A DNA stretch of 64,000 bases. Origin: an uncultured Bacteroidota bacterium (GTDB taxonomy: Bacteria; Bacteroidota; Bacteroidia; Bacteroidales; GCA-2748055). The position numbers were made by a program, and so were the translations under genes. The DNA lies in the NCBI GenBank assembly GCA_963713725.1, contig CAVQMZ010000017.1:37242-101241 (forward strand), written 5' to 3'. Each line of letters begins with the position of its first letter. Within the stretch, counting starts at the first letter, position 1. Positions 9,827 through 18,571 of this stretch are shown in pieces. The notes below the pieces were generated by a model. That model made no database searches. It was not told where the DNA came from and worked only from the letters and a program-made list of their open reading frames with translations.

Positions 9827-10522
9827 ATGAAACTACCAAAACACTTTTATACCATCACCGCCTTTGCCATTGCCATGGGCTTCCTGGAAGCTGCGGTAGT
9901 GGTATATATGCGTGAAATCCTCTATCCGGGAGGTTTCAGCTTTCCCCTTAAGCCTGTCCCGGTCAGTCTTGCCGTCACAGAGCTCTTCCGCGAGGTGGCC
10001 ACCCTGGTCATGCTGGTCTCCATCGGCATCCTGGCTGCCCGAAAATTCAGCACCGGTTTTGCCTGGTTTATCTACAGCTTTGCCATATGGGACATCTTTT
10101 ACTATGTATTCCTGAAAGCCGTCCTTGACTGGCCCGAATCACTAATGACCTGGGATGTACTCTTCCTAATACCCACCACATGGACAGGCCCGGTCCTCAC
10201 TCCTGTTCTTATTTCGCTGACCATGATTATCTTTGCAGGGCTGATTTTATATCGGGATGAACTCGGGCTGGAGAGCCGCATCCCTGGAAAAATCTGGGCC
10301 GGACTAATAGCCGGGTCCCTCATCATCGTATTTGCATGGATCCTGGACTACTCCCGGCACATGCTGACCCACTTCACCCTTTTTGAAATGCTCCAGGTAA
10401 AAAACCCGGAGGTACTGCGAATTGCCACCCTCTACGAACCCGCACACTTTCCCTGGTCACTCTTCTTCATTGGAGAAGTTTTGATCCTGGCCAGTATGTC
10501 CTGGTATTTCAAGAGAAAATAA
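9827..10522 (+). CDS. hypothetical integral membrane protein
   Basis: ORF 9773-10522. The likely start is MKLPKHFY at 9827. It has about 6 hydrophobic helices and no recognised family. Confidence 0.55.
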   Translation: MKLPKHFYTITAFAIAMGFLEAAVVVYMREILYPGGFSFPLKPVPVSLAVTELFREVATLVMLVSIGILAARKFSTGFAWFIYSFAIWDIFYYVFLKAVLDWPESLMTWDVLFLIPTTWTGPVLTPVLISLTMIIFAGLILYRDELGLESRIPGKIWAGLIAGSLIIVFAWILDYSRHMLTHFTLFEMLQVKNPEVLRIATLYEPAHFPWSLFFIGEVLILASMSWYFKRK

Positions 10523-10529
10523 GCCTGAC

Positions 10530-11105
10530 ATGGAAAGACCATACATAGAAGAGGAGAAATTTGAGGGCCGGGACTTCACTAAAAAGGCCCTGCTAAGAGG
10601 CGACTATGAAGCCTGTTCTTTCAAAAGCTGTGACTTTTCAAACTCCGATCTGTCCGAGTGCCGCTTCATCGACTGCAACTTCTCGGAGTGCAATCTCAGC
10701 AATATAAAACTCAACAAAACCTCCTTCCAGGATGTGAAATTCAGGGACTGCAAGATGCTTGGTCTACACTTCGAAAATTGCAAGGACCTGGGCTTCTCGG
10801 TGGCTTTCGAAAACTGCCAGCTGGATCACTGCTCCTTCTACCAGCTCAGGCTCAGCAAAACGACATTTAATAACTGCCGGCTTCATGAGGCTGACTTCAC
10901 CGGAACTGAACTTAAGGAAGCCTCCTTTGACCTATGCGACCTGCTGAACGCCAGCTTCGAAAGCTGCTTGCTGGAAAAAGCCGACTTCCGCGGGGCAATC
11001 AACTACAGCCTCGACCCCGAACTCAACCAGCTCAAAGGCGCCCGCTTTTCCTCGGGCGGACTGGGCGGGCTGCTTGGGAAATATGGCATCCGGATCGATC
11101 CCTGA
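10530..11105 (+). CDS. pentapeptide repeat protein
   Basis: 191 aa of A(D/N)LXX-type repeats (CDFSNSDLSECRFIDCNFSECNLSN...). Confidence 0.85.
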   Translation: MERPYIEEEKFEGRDFTKKALLRGDYEACSFKSCDFSNSDLSECRFIDCNFSECNLSNIKLNKTSFQDVKFRDCKMLGLHFENCKDLGFSVAFENCQLDHCSFYQLRLSKTTFNNCRLHEADFTGTELKEASFDLCDLLNASFESCLLEKADFRGAINYSLDPELNQLKGARFSSGGLGGLLGKYGIRIDP

Positions 11106-11233
11106 AATGGATCTATTTGTATAGACTTCACCCTTTTGTATAGCCAAGCCAGGGGCACATCACATTTCAGACTGGAACTTTTACTTGTTTGATGCGGCAC
11201 TTTTACCTATCTTTATTCAACACCATATTTGTC

Positions 11234-11665
11234 ATGGCTAAAAACCAGGAAAAATACAGCTCGGAAGCCCTGGAGGTGCCAGGCCAATTATCTGAAAGCG
11301 AAGTTCTTTACTGGCTTCGCAACAAAAATATCGATTACTCCTTTCTGAATCTTCTGAAAGCGAATTCCTTGATGCCCGATGAAGTTTTAGCCGGATGGCT
11401 GAATATCAGTGTGAAGACCCTTAGAAACTACAGAAACCCGGAAAACAAAATCCGGGATAATATCAAAGAGCAAATTCTCCTTCTGATTGCCTTATACAGG
11501 CACGGTAATGATATTTTTGGTGACGAAGGCCGATTTAATCTCTGGCTGAATACTGAAAATTTCTTTTTCGATGAAGCAGCCCCGGCCACAATGCTTAATA
11601 CAATCTCTGGCATCAGGTTCGTCGATAACAGGCTGAGCGCCATGGCATACGGAGACAATGTATAA
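11234..11665 (+). CDS. Xre/MbcA/ParS-type antitoxin (DUF2384 toxin-binding domain)
   Basis: ORF 11189-11665; the likely start is MAKNQEKY at 11234. The C-terminal segment ...FNLWLNTENFFFDEAAPATMLNTISGIRFVDNRLSAMAYG fits DUF2384. It overlaps the RES gene by 8 nt. Confidence 0.75.
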   Translation: MAKNQEKYSSEALEVPGQLSESEVLYWLRNKNIDYSFLNLLKANSLMPDEVLAGWLNISVKTLRNYRNPENKIRDNIKEQILLLIALYRHGNDIFGDEGRFNLWLNTENFFFDEAAPATMLNTISGIRFVDNRLSAMAYGDNV

Positions 11666-12125
11666 TATGGAGGTTTTCAGAATTTCCAGGGCTTGTTTTG
11701 CACGGAAGCTTCAGGCATCCGGATATGCCAATCGATGGAACATGGATGGCCAGATGGTAATCTATGCAGCTCCATCCAGAGCCCTGGCAACTCTCGAACT
11801 GCTGGTTAATCGCAGTAACATTAAACCTGATGAGGACTATCTGATGATGGTCATTTCTCTTTCTGTTTCCGAAGATGATATTCAGGAAATAAGATTGGGA
11901 AACCTGCCTGAACACTGGCAATCATTATCAGCTTACACCCTTCTTCAAAAACAAGGATCAGCATGGTATAAAAACCAGGAATCCCTGGTTCTAAGGCTAC
12001 CATCTGCCGTGATTCCGCAGGAACATAATTATATGATTAATACCAAACATCCCGATTTTGCTGATAAAGTTTCACTGATCCGGAAAGAAGCGTATTTTTG
12101 GGATCAAAGACTCCATAAAGAATGA
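11658..12125 (+). CDS. RES-domain toxin (NAD+-targeting MbcT/ParT-like family)
   Basis: 155 aa with R (ANRWN), E (TLELLV) and S (LPSAVIP) in the spacing of RES domains. It is translationally coupled to the upstream antitoxin. Confidence 0.8.
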   Translation: MYNMEVFRISRACFARKLQASGYANRWNMDGQMVIYAAPSRALATLELLVNRSNIKPDEDYLMMVISLSVSEDDIQEIRLGNLPEHWQSLSAYTLLQKQGSAWYKNQESLVLRLPSAVIPQEHNYMINTKHPDFADKVSLIRKEAYFWDQRLHKE

Positions 12126-13153
12126 CAGATAAACACTGGGAACAACTCAAGGCCATTGTAAATGGTGAAACCCTCACTCCCGCCCCCATGGGCTTCATCA
12201 TCGATTCACCCTGGCTACCCAACTGGTATGGTATTTCCCTGCTGGACTATTTTACCAGTGATGAGCTCTGGCTGAAAGCCAACCTGAAAGCCGAAGAGAC
12301 CTTCCCCGACCTCATGTTCCTGCCCGGCTTCTGGTCCGAATACGGAATGTGCACTGAGCCTTCAGCCTTCGGAGCCCGCAGCTCCTTCCCCTTCAACGAG
12401 TTTCCCCATGCTTTTCCCTGCATCGAAGCTCCGGAGCAAATCAAGAACCTTCCCCAGGCCAATCCGGAGAAAGACGGCCTTGGCCCCATGGTACTGAACC
12501 GCATCAAACTGAATGAAAAGAAAATCAACGATGCAGGACACCAGATCCGTTTTTCTGTTTCCCGGGGCCCCCTGAATATTGCATCCTTTCTTATGGGGAC
12601 CACCGAGTTTATGATGGCCATGATCACCCACCCCGACGAAACCCACATGCTCATACGGAAAATCACCGACTACCTGAAAGGTTTCCACGACCGGCAGGCG
12701 GAGCTTTTCCCATCCACCGAAGGCATTATGATGCTCGACGACATTATCGGCTTTATCTCGGCCGATCAGTTTGAGGAGTTTGGCCTCCCCTACTTCAAAG
12801 AGCTCTACGACAGGGACCTTCCCGTAAAATTCCTGCACAACGATGCACCCTGCATGGAATCCGCCCCCTATCTGCCCGCCATGGGGGTGAACCTCTTTAA
12901 CATGGGCTTTGATACCGACCTCAACGAGCTAAAAAAGATCACAGAAAACAAAGTCACCATGCTTGGGAACATCCCACCCAGGGATGTGCTGGCACGCGGA
13001 ACTGAAGAAGAAATCAAGGCCTCTGTCCACGAACTGAAAACCCGGCTGGAAGATCCCTCCAGGGTAATCCTGTCCTGTGGCGGTGGCATGCCACCCGATG
13101 TCACCACTGCCCAGATTAATGCCTTCATCCAGGCCGTCAAATCCCACAACTAA
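12122..13153 (+). CDS. uroporphyrinogen decarboxylase (URO-D)-like family protein
   Basis: 343-aa ORF. The overall pattern resembles URO-D/MtaA-like TIM-barrel proteins (e.g. ...SCGGGMPPDV near the C-terminus). The start overlaps the stop of the RES gene. Confidence 0.65.
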   Translation: MTDKHWEQLKAIVNGETLTPAPMGFIIDSPWLPNWYGISLLDYFTSDELWLKANLKAEETFPDLMFLPGFWSEYGMCTEPSAFGARSSFPFNEFPHAFPCIEAPEQIKNLPQANPEKDGLGPMVLNRIKLNEKKINDAGHQIRFSVSRGPLNIASFLMGTTEFMMAMITHPDETHMLIRKITDYLKGFHDRQAELFPSTEGIMMLDDIIGFISADQFEEFGLPYFKELYDRDLPVKFLHNDAPCMESAPYLPAMGVNLFNMGFDTDLNELKKITENKVTMLGNIPPRDVLARGTEEEIKASVHELKTRLEDPSRVILSCGGGMPPDVTTAQINAFIQAVKSHN

Positions 13154-13298
13154 GCCCCTAACTACTAACCATTAACCACTAACTACTAACCTACTAACCC
13201 ACTAACTGCTAACCCACTAACCCACTAACCACTAACCCATTAACCCACTAACCACTAACTACTAACCTAATAACCCACTAACTGCTAACCCATTAACC
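13154..13298 (+). repeat. G-depleted (C/A)YTAACC tandem-repeat spacer, copy 1
   Basis: The whole 145-nt intergenic region is made of ACTAACC/ATTAACC/CCACTAAC units. It has only 3 G and ends directly at ATG 13299. Confidence 0.95.
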
Positions 13299-14270
13299 AT
13301 GAAACCAATATCCAGCCTGCCAATTTTTATTATAAGTCTTGCTCTAATGACTGCCTGTGCCCCAAAACCCCCATCACCCACCCTGCTTGTTGATGATACA
13401 TCCACCACCATCGCAATGGGTGAAAACCTGCTGCTTACCTATGTTCATGCCGAGACACCGGCGCCCGAGGGTACCAATCCCCTCTATAAACGTTCAGCCT
13501 ACATCCACCCTTTGCGTTCCCCAGGCGGTGAGATCCTGACCACCATTCAGCCTCCCGATCACATCCACCACTACGGAATCTGGAATCCCTGGACCCATAC
13601 CAATTTTGGAGGCGACAGCGTGGATTTCTGGAACCTGGCGCTGGGACAGGGAACTGTGAGATTTAAGGAATACCTGGAGGTAACTGAAAACGAGGGTGTG
13701 GCCGGTTTCCTGGTGGGACATGATCATATTTACTTCCCGGAAGAAGGTGGCGAGAAAGTTGCCATTAAAGAGACCTGGGATATAAAAGTTCACAATCTGA
13801 GTGATTCTTCCTACATCGCTGACCTTACGGTTGACCTTACTAATGTCCTGGACATGGACATTGAGCTGGAGGCATACCGCTACGGGGGCGGACTGGGTTA
13901 CAGGGCCACCGAAAGGTGGGATCCCGGTAATGCAACTGTGCTGACCTCAGAAGGAAAAAATTGGTCAGAGGCTGACGGTACCGGTGCCCGCTGGGTAAGA
14001 GTTGAGGGCGAATCGTCGGTTCCGCAGGGTCGCTCCGGCATCCTCTTCCTGAGTCACCCCGAAAACCGCTCCCACCCTGAGCCCATGCGCATGTGGCCTC
14101 CAATTTCCAACGAAGGAAAAGCCAATGTGTTTTTTGAATTCTGCCCCATCAGGCACCAGGCGTGGATCCTGGAGCCAGGGAAGATGTACACCCTGAAATA
14201 TCGCATGGTGGTCTTTGACGGCAGCCTGGATGCTGAAAGCGCCGAAATACACTGGAAAAATTTCCAATAA
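13299..14270 (+). CDS. DUF6807/PmoA-family protein (lipoprotein)
   Basis: 323 aa with lipobox LMTAC. The segment YIHPLRSPGGEILT...PDHIHHYGIWNPWTHT...DFWN is characteristic of the PmoA-like DUF6807 family that commonly accompanies Gfo/Idh/MocA oxidoreductases. Confidence 0.7.
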   Translation: MKPISSLPIFIISLALMTACAPKPPSPTLLVDDTSTTIAMGENLLLTYVHAETPAPEGTNPLYKRSAYIHPLRSPGGEILTTIQPPDHIHHYGIWNPWTHTNFGGDSVDFWNLALGQGTVRFKEYLEVTENEGVAGFLVGHDHIYFPEEGGEKVAIKETWDIKVHNLSDSSYIADLTVDLTNVLDMDIELEAYRYGGGLGYRATERWDPGNATVLTSEGKNWSEADGTGARWVRVEGESSVPQGRSGILFLSHPENRSHPEPMRMWPPISNEGKANVFFEFCPIRHQAWILEPGKMYTLKYRMVVFDGSLDAESAEIHWKNFQ

Positions 14271-14399
14271 TCCCTATCTTAGAACCCACTAACCCACTAA
14301 CCCAACTAACCCACTAACCCAATAACCCATTAACCCACTAACCCATTAACCCACTAACCCAATAACCCATTAACCCATTAACCCACTAACCCTTCATCC
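14271..14399 (+). repeat. G-depleted (C/A)YTAACC tandem-repeat spacer, copy 2
   Basis: 129-nt intergenic region with repeats CCACTAAC/CCATTAAC/CCAATAAC from about 14284. It contains a single G (14282). Confidence 0.95.
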
Positions 14400-15779
14400 A
14401 TGCAAAGACGATCCTTCATAAAAAAAGCCACGGCAGGCACGGCAGGCGCCATTTTAGTTCCCACCATCATACCTTCACATGTACTGGGTAAGACTGCTCC
14501 AAGCAACAGGATACAGGTTGCGCAGATTGGCTTCGGGCGCATTGCCATGACCCACGATCTGCCCGAGACCCTGAAAAACCAGTATGCCATGGGAGTGGCT
14601 GTGGCTGATGTGGACATCAACCGTGCCCATAAGGGGAAAAAATGGATCGAGGACTATTATGCCGGGCAGACTGGCAGGAAGGACTACGCTGATATAAAGG
14701 TTTACCAGGATTACAGGGAGATGTTAGAGGATAAAAACATCGATGCGGTGATTGTTTCCACACCCGATCACTGGCATGCCAAACCTGCCATAGATGCAGC
14801 GCTTGCCGGCAAGGATATCTACCTTCAAAAGCCAGCTTCCCTTACCATTGAAGAAGGCCGGCAAATGAGTGATACCGTAAATCGTACAGGTGTGATTTTC
14901 CAGCAGGGAAGCCAGCAGAGAGGCGGCCAACCCTGGCCCCAGTTTCACAGGGCCTGTGAGCTGGTTCGAAACGGACGGGTCGGGGAATTGACCAGGATTG
15001 AAATCGGGCTACCTGGCGACCCTTCGGGTGATGAGGAACTGATTATGCCTGTTCCCGAAAACCTGAATTACGACATGTGGCTGGGATCCACTCCAAACGT
15101 ATACTATACTGAAAAACGGGTACACCCCCAGGACAGTATTACCAACCGACCAGGCTGGCTGCGTTGTGAGCAGTTTGGTGCCGGCATGATCACCGGCTGG
15201 GGTGCCCACCACCTGGATACTGCCCACTGGGGTATGGGAACCGAGTACACCGGCCCGGTCGAGGTGGAAGCAGAAGCCACCTTCCCCACTTCCGGTCTGT
15301 GGGATGTCCATGGCGATTTCCATGTCTGGGCTAAGTATGCCAACGGGGTAAATATGGAAGTCAGCGGAGCCTTCCCCAACGGTGTGAAATTCATTGGAAC
15401 GGAAGGCTGGATTTTTGTCTCCCGCGGCAACGTGAAGGTAACCTCCACCGATCCGGGCCAGGCAGATGCAGAATTGAAGGCCCTGGATGCCAGCGACCCA
15501 AAAATTCTGAAGTCGGAGATCGGACCCGATGAAATCCACCTCTACAAGGCACCCGAGCAGCACGATGACTGGATAAATGCCATCCGCTCCCGAAAAGATC
15601 CGGTGGCTCCCGCCGAAGTGGGACACCGGTCCTGCTCAGCCTGCCTGGTGAGTCACATCGCCATGAAAGTTCCAGGGAAACTATACTGGGATCCACTGAA
15701 GGAAAGGTTTAAGGATAATGACCTTGCAAACTCCATGCTGGGCAGGCCCCAGCGCGCCCCCTATGGCACAAACTACTAA
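14400..15779 (+). CDS. Gfo/Idh/MocA family oxidoreductase with twin-arginine signal
   Basis: 459 aa. It has MQRRSFIKKATAGTAGA (TAT signal), the IQVAQIGFGRIA Rossmann start and the STPDHWHA motif. Confidence 0.9.
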   Translation: MQRRSFIKKATAGTAGAILVPTIIPSHVLGKTAPSNRIQVAQIGFGRIAMTHDLPETLKNQYAMGVAVADVDINRAHKGKKWIEDYYAGQTGRKDYADIKVYQDYREMLEDKNIDAVIVSTPDHWHAKPAIDAALAGKDIYLQKPASLTIEEGRQMSDTVNRTGVIFQQGSQQRGGQPWPQFHRACELVRNGRVGELTRIEIGLPGDPSGDEELIMPVPENLNYDMWLGSTPNVYYTEKRVHPQDSITNRPGWLRCEQFGAGMITGWGAHHLDTAHWGMGTEYTGPVEVEAEATFPTSGLWDVHGDFHVWAKYANGVNMEVSGAFPNGVKFIGTEGWIFVSRGNVKVTSTDPGQADAELKALDASDPKILKSEIGPDEIHLYKAPEQHDDWINAIRSRKDPVAPAEVGHRSCSACLVSHIAMKVPGKLYWDPLKERFKDNDLANSMLGRPQRAPYGTNY

Positions 15780-15969
15780 CCCCTAACCTATTAACCCCTA
15801 ACCTACTAACCCCTAACCCCTAACCTACTAACCCCTAACCTATCTAACCCCTAACCTACTAACCCCTAACCACTAACCCCTAACCCCTAACCCCTAACCT
15901 ATTAACCCCTAACCCTACTAACCCCTAACCCATTAACCCATTAACCCATTAACCTATCAATCCATTCTA
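15780..15969 (+). repeat. G-free CCCCTAAC/CTACTAAC tandem-repeat spacer, copy 3
   Basis: 190 nt between stop 15777-15779 and ATG 15970 with no G at all. It includes three perfect CCCCTAA units at 15877-15897. Confidence 0.95.
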
Positions 15970-17368
15970 ATGAAATTCATACCACTTTTTGCAATAGCGG
16001 CCCTCCTGTCCATGTTATTCTCATGTAAGCCCGCCACACAACAAAGCTCAGAAACCATGTTTACTCCCCTGGTAGCAAAAGTAAAATTCATGAACCTGGA
16101 TCCGGGTCACTTTCACGCGGCCCTGGTGCAGAAAACCATGTATGAAAGTGTCGACCCGACCGTTTATGTCTATGCCCCGGAAGGACCCGAGGTGGAGAGT
16201 TACCTGAACCTGATTGAACGCTATAATTCCCGGGAGGAGAATCCCACTGCCTGGGAGGAAAAAGTGTACAGGGGGGATGATTTCTTTCAAAAGATGATTG
16301 AAGATAAACCGGGTAATGTTATGGTGGTCTCGGGGAATAATGCAAAAAAGACCGAATACATCCTGGAAGCCGTCAGCTCGGGCCTGCACGTCCTGTCTGA
16401 CAAACCCATGGTTATCACTCCCGAAGAATTCCCCATGCTGGAGGAGGCTTTTGCCATTGCTCAGGAAAATGGCGTTCTCCTTTACGACATCATGACCGAG
16501 CGCTACGAGTTTACCACCATGATGCAAAAGGCCTTTTCCCAAATTGAAGGGATTTTTGGCAGCTCTTGAGAAGGGCACACCTGAAAATCCGGCCATCACC
16601 AAGGAAAGTGTGCACCACTTCTCCAAGATCGTATCCGGAAACTGGTTGATTCGTCCACCCTGGTTTTTTGATACAGAACAACAGGGTGAAGGCATTGTGG
16701 ATGTAAACACCCACCTGGTTGACCTGGTACAATGGGAGGCTTTCCCGGATGTCACCCTTGAGAAAGCTGATGTGGAAATTATCTCGGCAAGGCGGTGGAC
16801 CACCGACCTCACTCCGGCCATGTTTGAGAAGGTCACCGGACAGAAGACTTACCCGGACTACCTGCAGAAGGATGTGGATGGTGAGCTGCTGAAGGTTTAC
16901 GCCAACGGGGAAATCAACTACGCCCTGAAGGGTGTGCACGCAAAAGTATCGGTAATCTGGAACTTCCAGGCGCCTGAAGGTTCGGCTGACACGCACTTCT
17001 CACTTATGCGGGGAAGTAAATGTAATCTGGTCATCCGGCAGGGAGAAGCCCAGGGCTACAAGCCCATGCTCTATATTGAGCCGGTGGAAGGGACAGACCT
17101 GGAGGTTTTTGAAAGCGATGTCAAAAAAGCAACAGAAGAAAAAATCGCCTCCCTTTATCCGGGTGTTCAGGTGAAAAAAGCGGATGAAGGAAGCTGGGTT
17201 CTGGATGTCCCAGCCAAATATAAAGTCGGGCATGAGGCCCATTTCGGCCAGGTCACCGAAAAATACCTGGGCTGGCTGGGCCAGGGTATGCTTCCCGAAT
17301 GGGAAATCCCCAATATGATCGTGAAGTATTACACCACCACGGAAGGGATGAAGAAGGCCATGGAATAG
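15970..17368 (+). pseudogene. putative oxidoreductase (Bacteroidota 'oxidoreductase C-terminal domain' family), one frameshift near 16545-16569 (or an indel error)
   Basis: ORFs 15970-16569 and 16544-17368 overlap in different frames. Joined, they read as one lipoprotein (lipobox LFSC; ...LDPGHFHAALVQK...TPENPAITKESVHHF...). Confidence 0.65.
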
Positions 17369-17377
17369 GCCAATCTT

Positions 17378-18505
17378 TTATTTGCTGTACAGTTTAAACA
17401 CCTCGGCACCGGCGCTCAAGAATGCCCCGGTGCCATAAACTTCTGTCTTGTCGGGCCATGCCTTTCCGGGGGCGGCCCCGATGGGCTGTACATAACCCAG
17501 CATGCCTTCCTCTGTGATGCAGGCTGTCATGGCATTCCAGCCCTTTCGTACAGCCGGTTCATAAGTAGCATAATCCAGGATGCCCTGGTTCACCCCATAG
17601 GCAAGTCCAAAGGTAAAGAAGGAGGAACCACTGCTCTCGGGGGTGGGGTAAAACTCCTGTCCCAGCAGGCTCATGGCCCAGTGACCCTCAGGGGTCTGGA
17701 TCTCCAGGAGTTTTTTCGACATCTTTTTGTAAATCCCCAGGAAGTATTTGTACTCCTTGCTTCCGGGATCAAGCTCCATCAGGATATTGGCCAGACCGGC
17801 ATAGACCCAGCCGTTTCCCCGGGCCCAGAATATTTTTGTCCCATTATCCAGCTTGCCCATATAGCTTTCGTCCCGGTAGTAAAGGGATTCTTTTTTATCG
17901 AAAAGAAAATCGGTCGTTGCCTTATACTCCGACACCATAAAGTCCAGGTAGACCTGCTCGCCGGTAATCCTGGCCAGTTTGGCCCAGACCGGGGGAGACA
18001 TAAACAGGGCATCGCACCAATTCCAGCGGTCCTGGTGGAAGGGACTCTTCCATTGCATCGTGCTCTGTGAAGGGTGGTACCTGATAAAATCAAATTGTTC
18101 CCTGGTGGGCGTTATCATGGCCTTTTCCCCGTACTTCCTGTAGAGCTCCAGGTACATCTGACCCACCGTATGATCATCGGCATGGTATTGCCTGCGGTGT
18201 AATACCCATTGGTTTTCCTCACCGATGGACTTCAGCCACTCGTAATATTTTTCGTCACCTGCCATGGCAGCCCACTTGACCATCCCCACATACAATGCCC
18301 CATTGGTCCAGTCCAGGGGGTGGTGGGTCTCTTTCCCGGTAAAGGGCAGCATCTTGTCAAAATTTTCTATCTGCCAGTCCGCCACACGCTTCATGTCACG
18401 CTTCACTTCCTGGGGTTGAATATCCCGGGGCGAAATGTCCTGAGCGCAGAGGGAACTGAAAGAAATGAGCATTAAAATAAGCACGGAAAAAATGTGTCTG
18501 TACAT
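17378..18505 (-). CDS. glycoside hydrolase family 88/105 (unsaturated glucuronyl/rhamnogalacturonyl hydrolase-like)
   Basis: 375 aa with signal peptide and motifs DWTNGALY, WCDALFM and FWARGNGW. Confidence 0.8.
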   Translation of the reverse strand: MYRHIFSVLILMLISFSSLCAQDISPRDIQPQEVKRDMKRVADWQIENFDKMLPFTGKETHHPLDWTNGALYVGMVKWAAMAGDEKYYEWLKSIGEENQWVLHRRQYHADDHTVGQMYLELYRKYGEKAMITPTREQFDFIRYHPSQSTMQWKSPFHQDRWNWCDALFMSPPVWAKLARITGEQVYLDFMVSEYKATTDFLFDKKESLYYRDESYMGKLDNGTKIFWARGNGWVYAGLANILMELDPGSKEYKYFLGIYKKMSKKLLEIQTPEGHWAMSLLGQEFYPTPESSGSSFFTFGLAYGVNQGILDYATYEPAVRKGWNAMTACITEEGMLGYVQPIGAAPGKAWPDKTEVYGTGAFLSAGAEVFKLYSK

Positions 18506-18571
18506 GTGTAAAGGTTTTCGATAAGATTAGATACTTTTAAAGAGGATTAAAAATAGCAAAATACATTTGAA

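Noticed and set aside
13154-15969. Whether the tandem repeats could be CRISPR arrays
   Set aside because: The period is only 7-9 nt with no unique spacers, no cas genes are nearby, and the arrays exactly fill gaps between genes.
13154-15969. Whether the repeats encode low-complexity protein linkers joining the flanking ORFs
   Set aside because: TAA recurs with a 7-9-nt period and hits all three sense frames. The complement carries TAG in all three antisense frames. No frame is open across any array.
15780-15969. Eukaryotic signals: CCCCTAA telomere-like units and repeated TACTAAC (the yeast branch-point sequence), or eukaryotic contamination
   Set aside because: The arrays are flanked seamlessly by typical bacterial genes, with the stop codon immediately before and the ATG immediately after. 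The resemblance is formal only.
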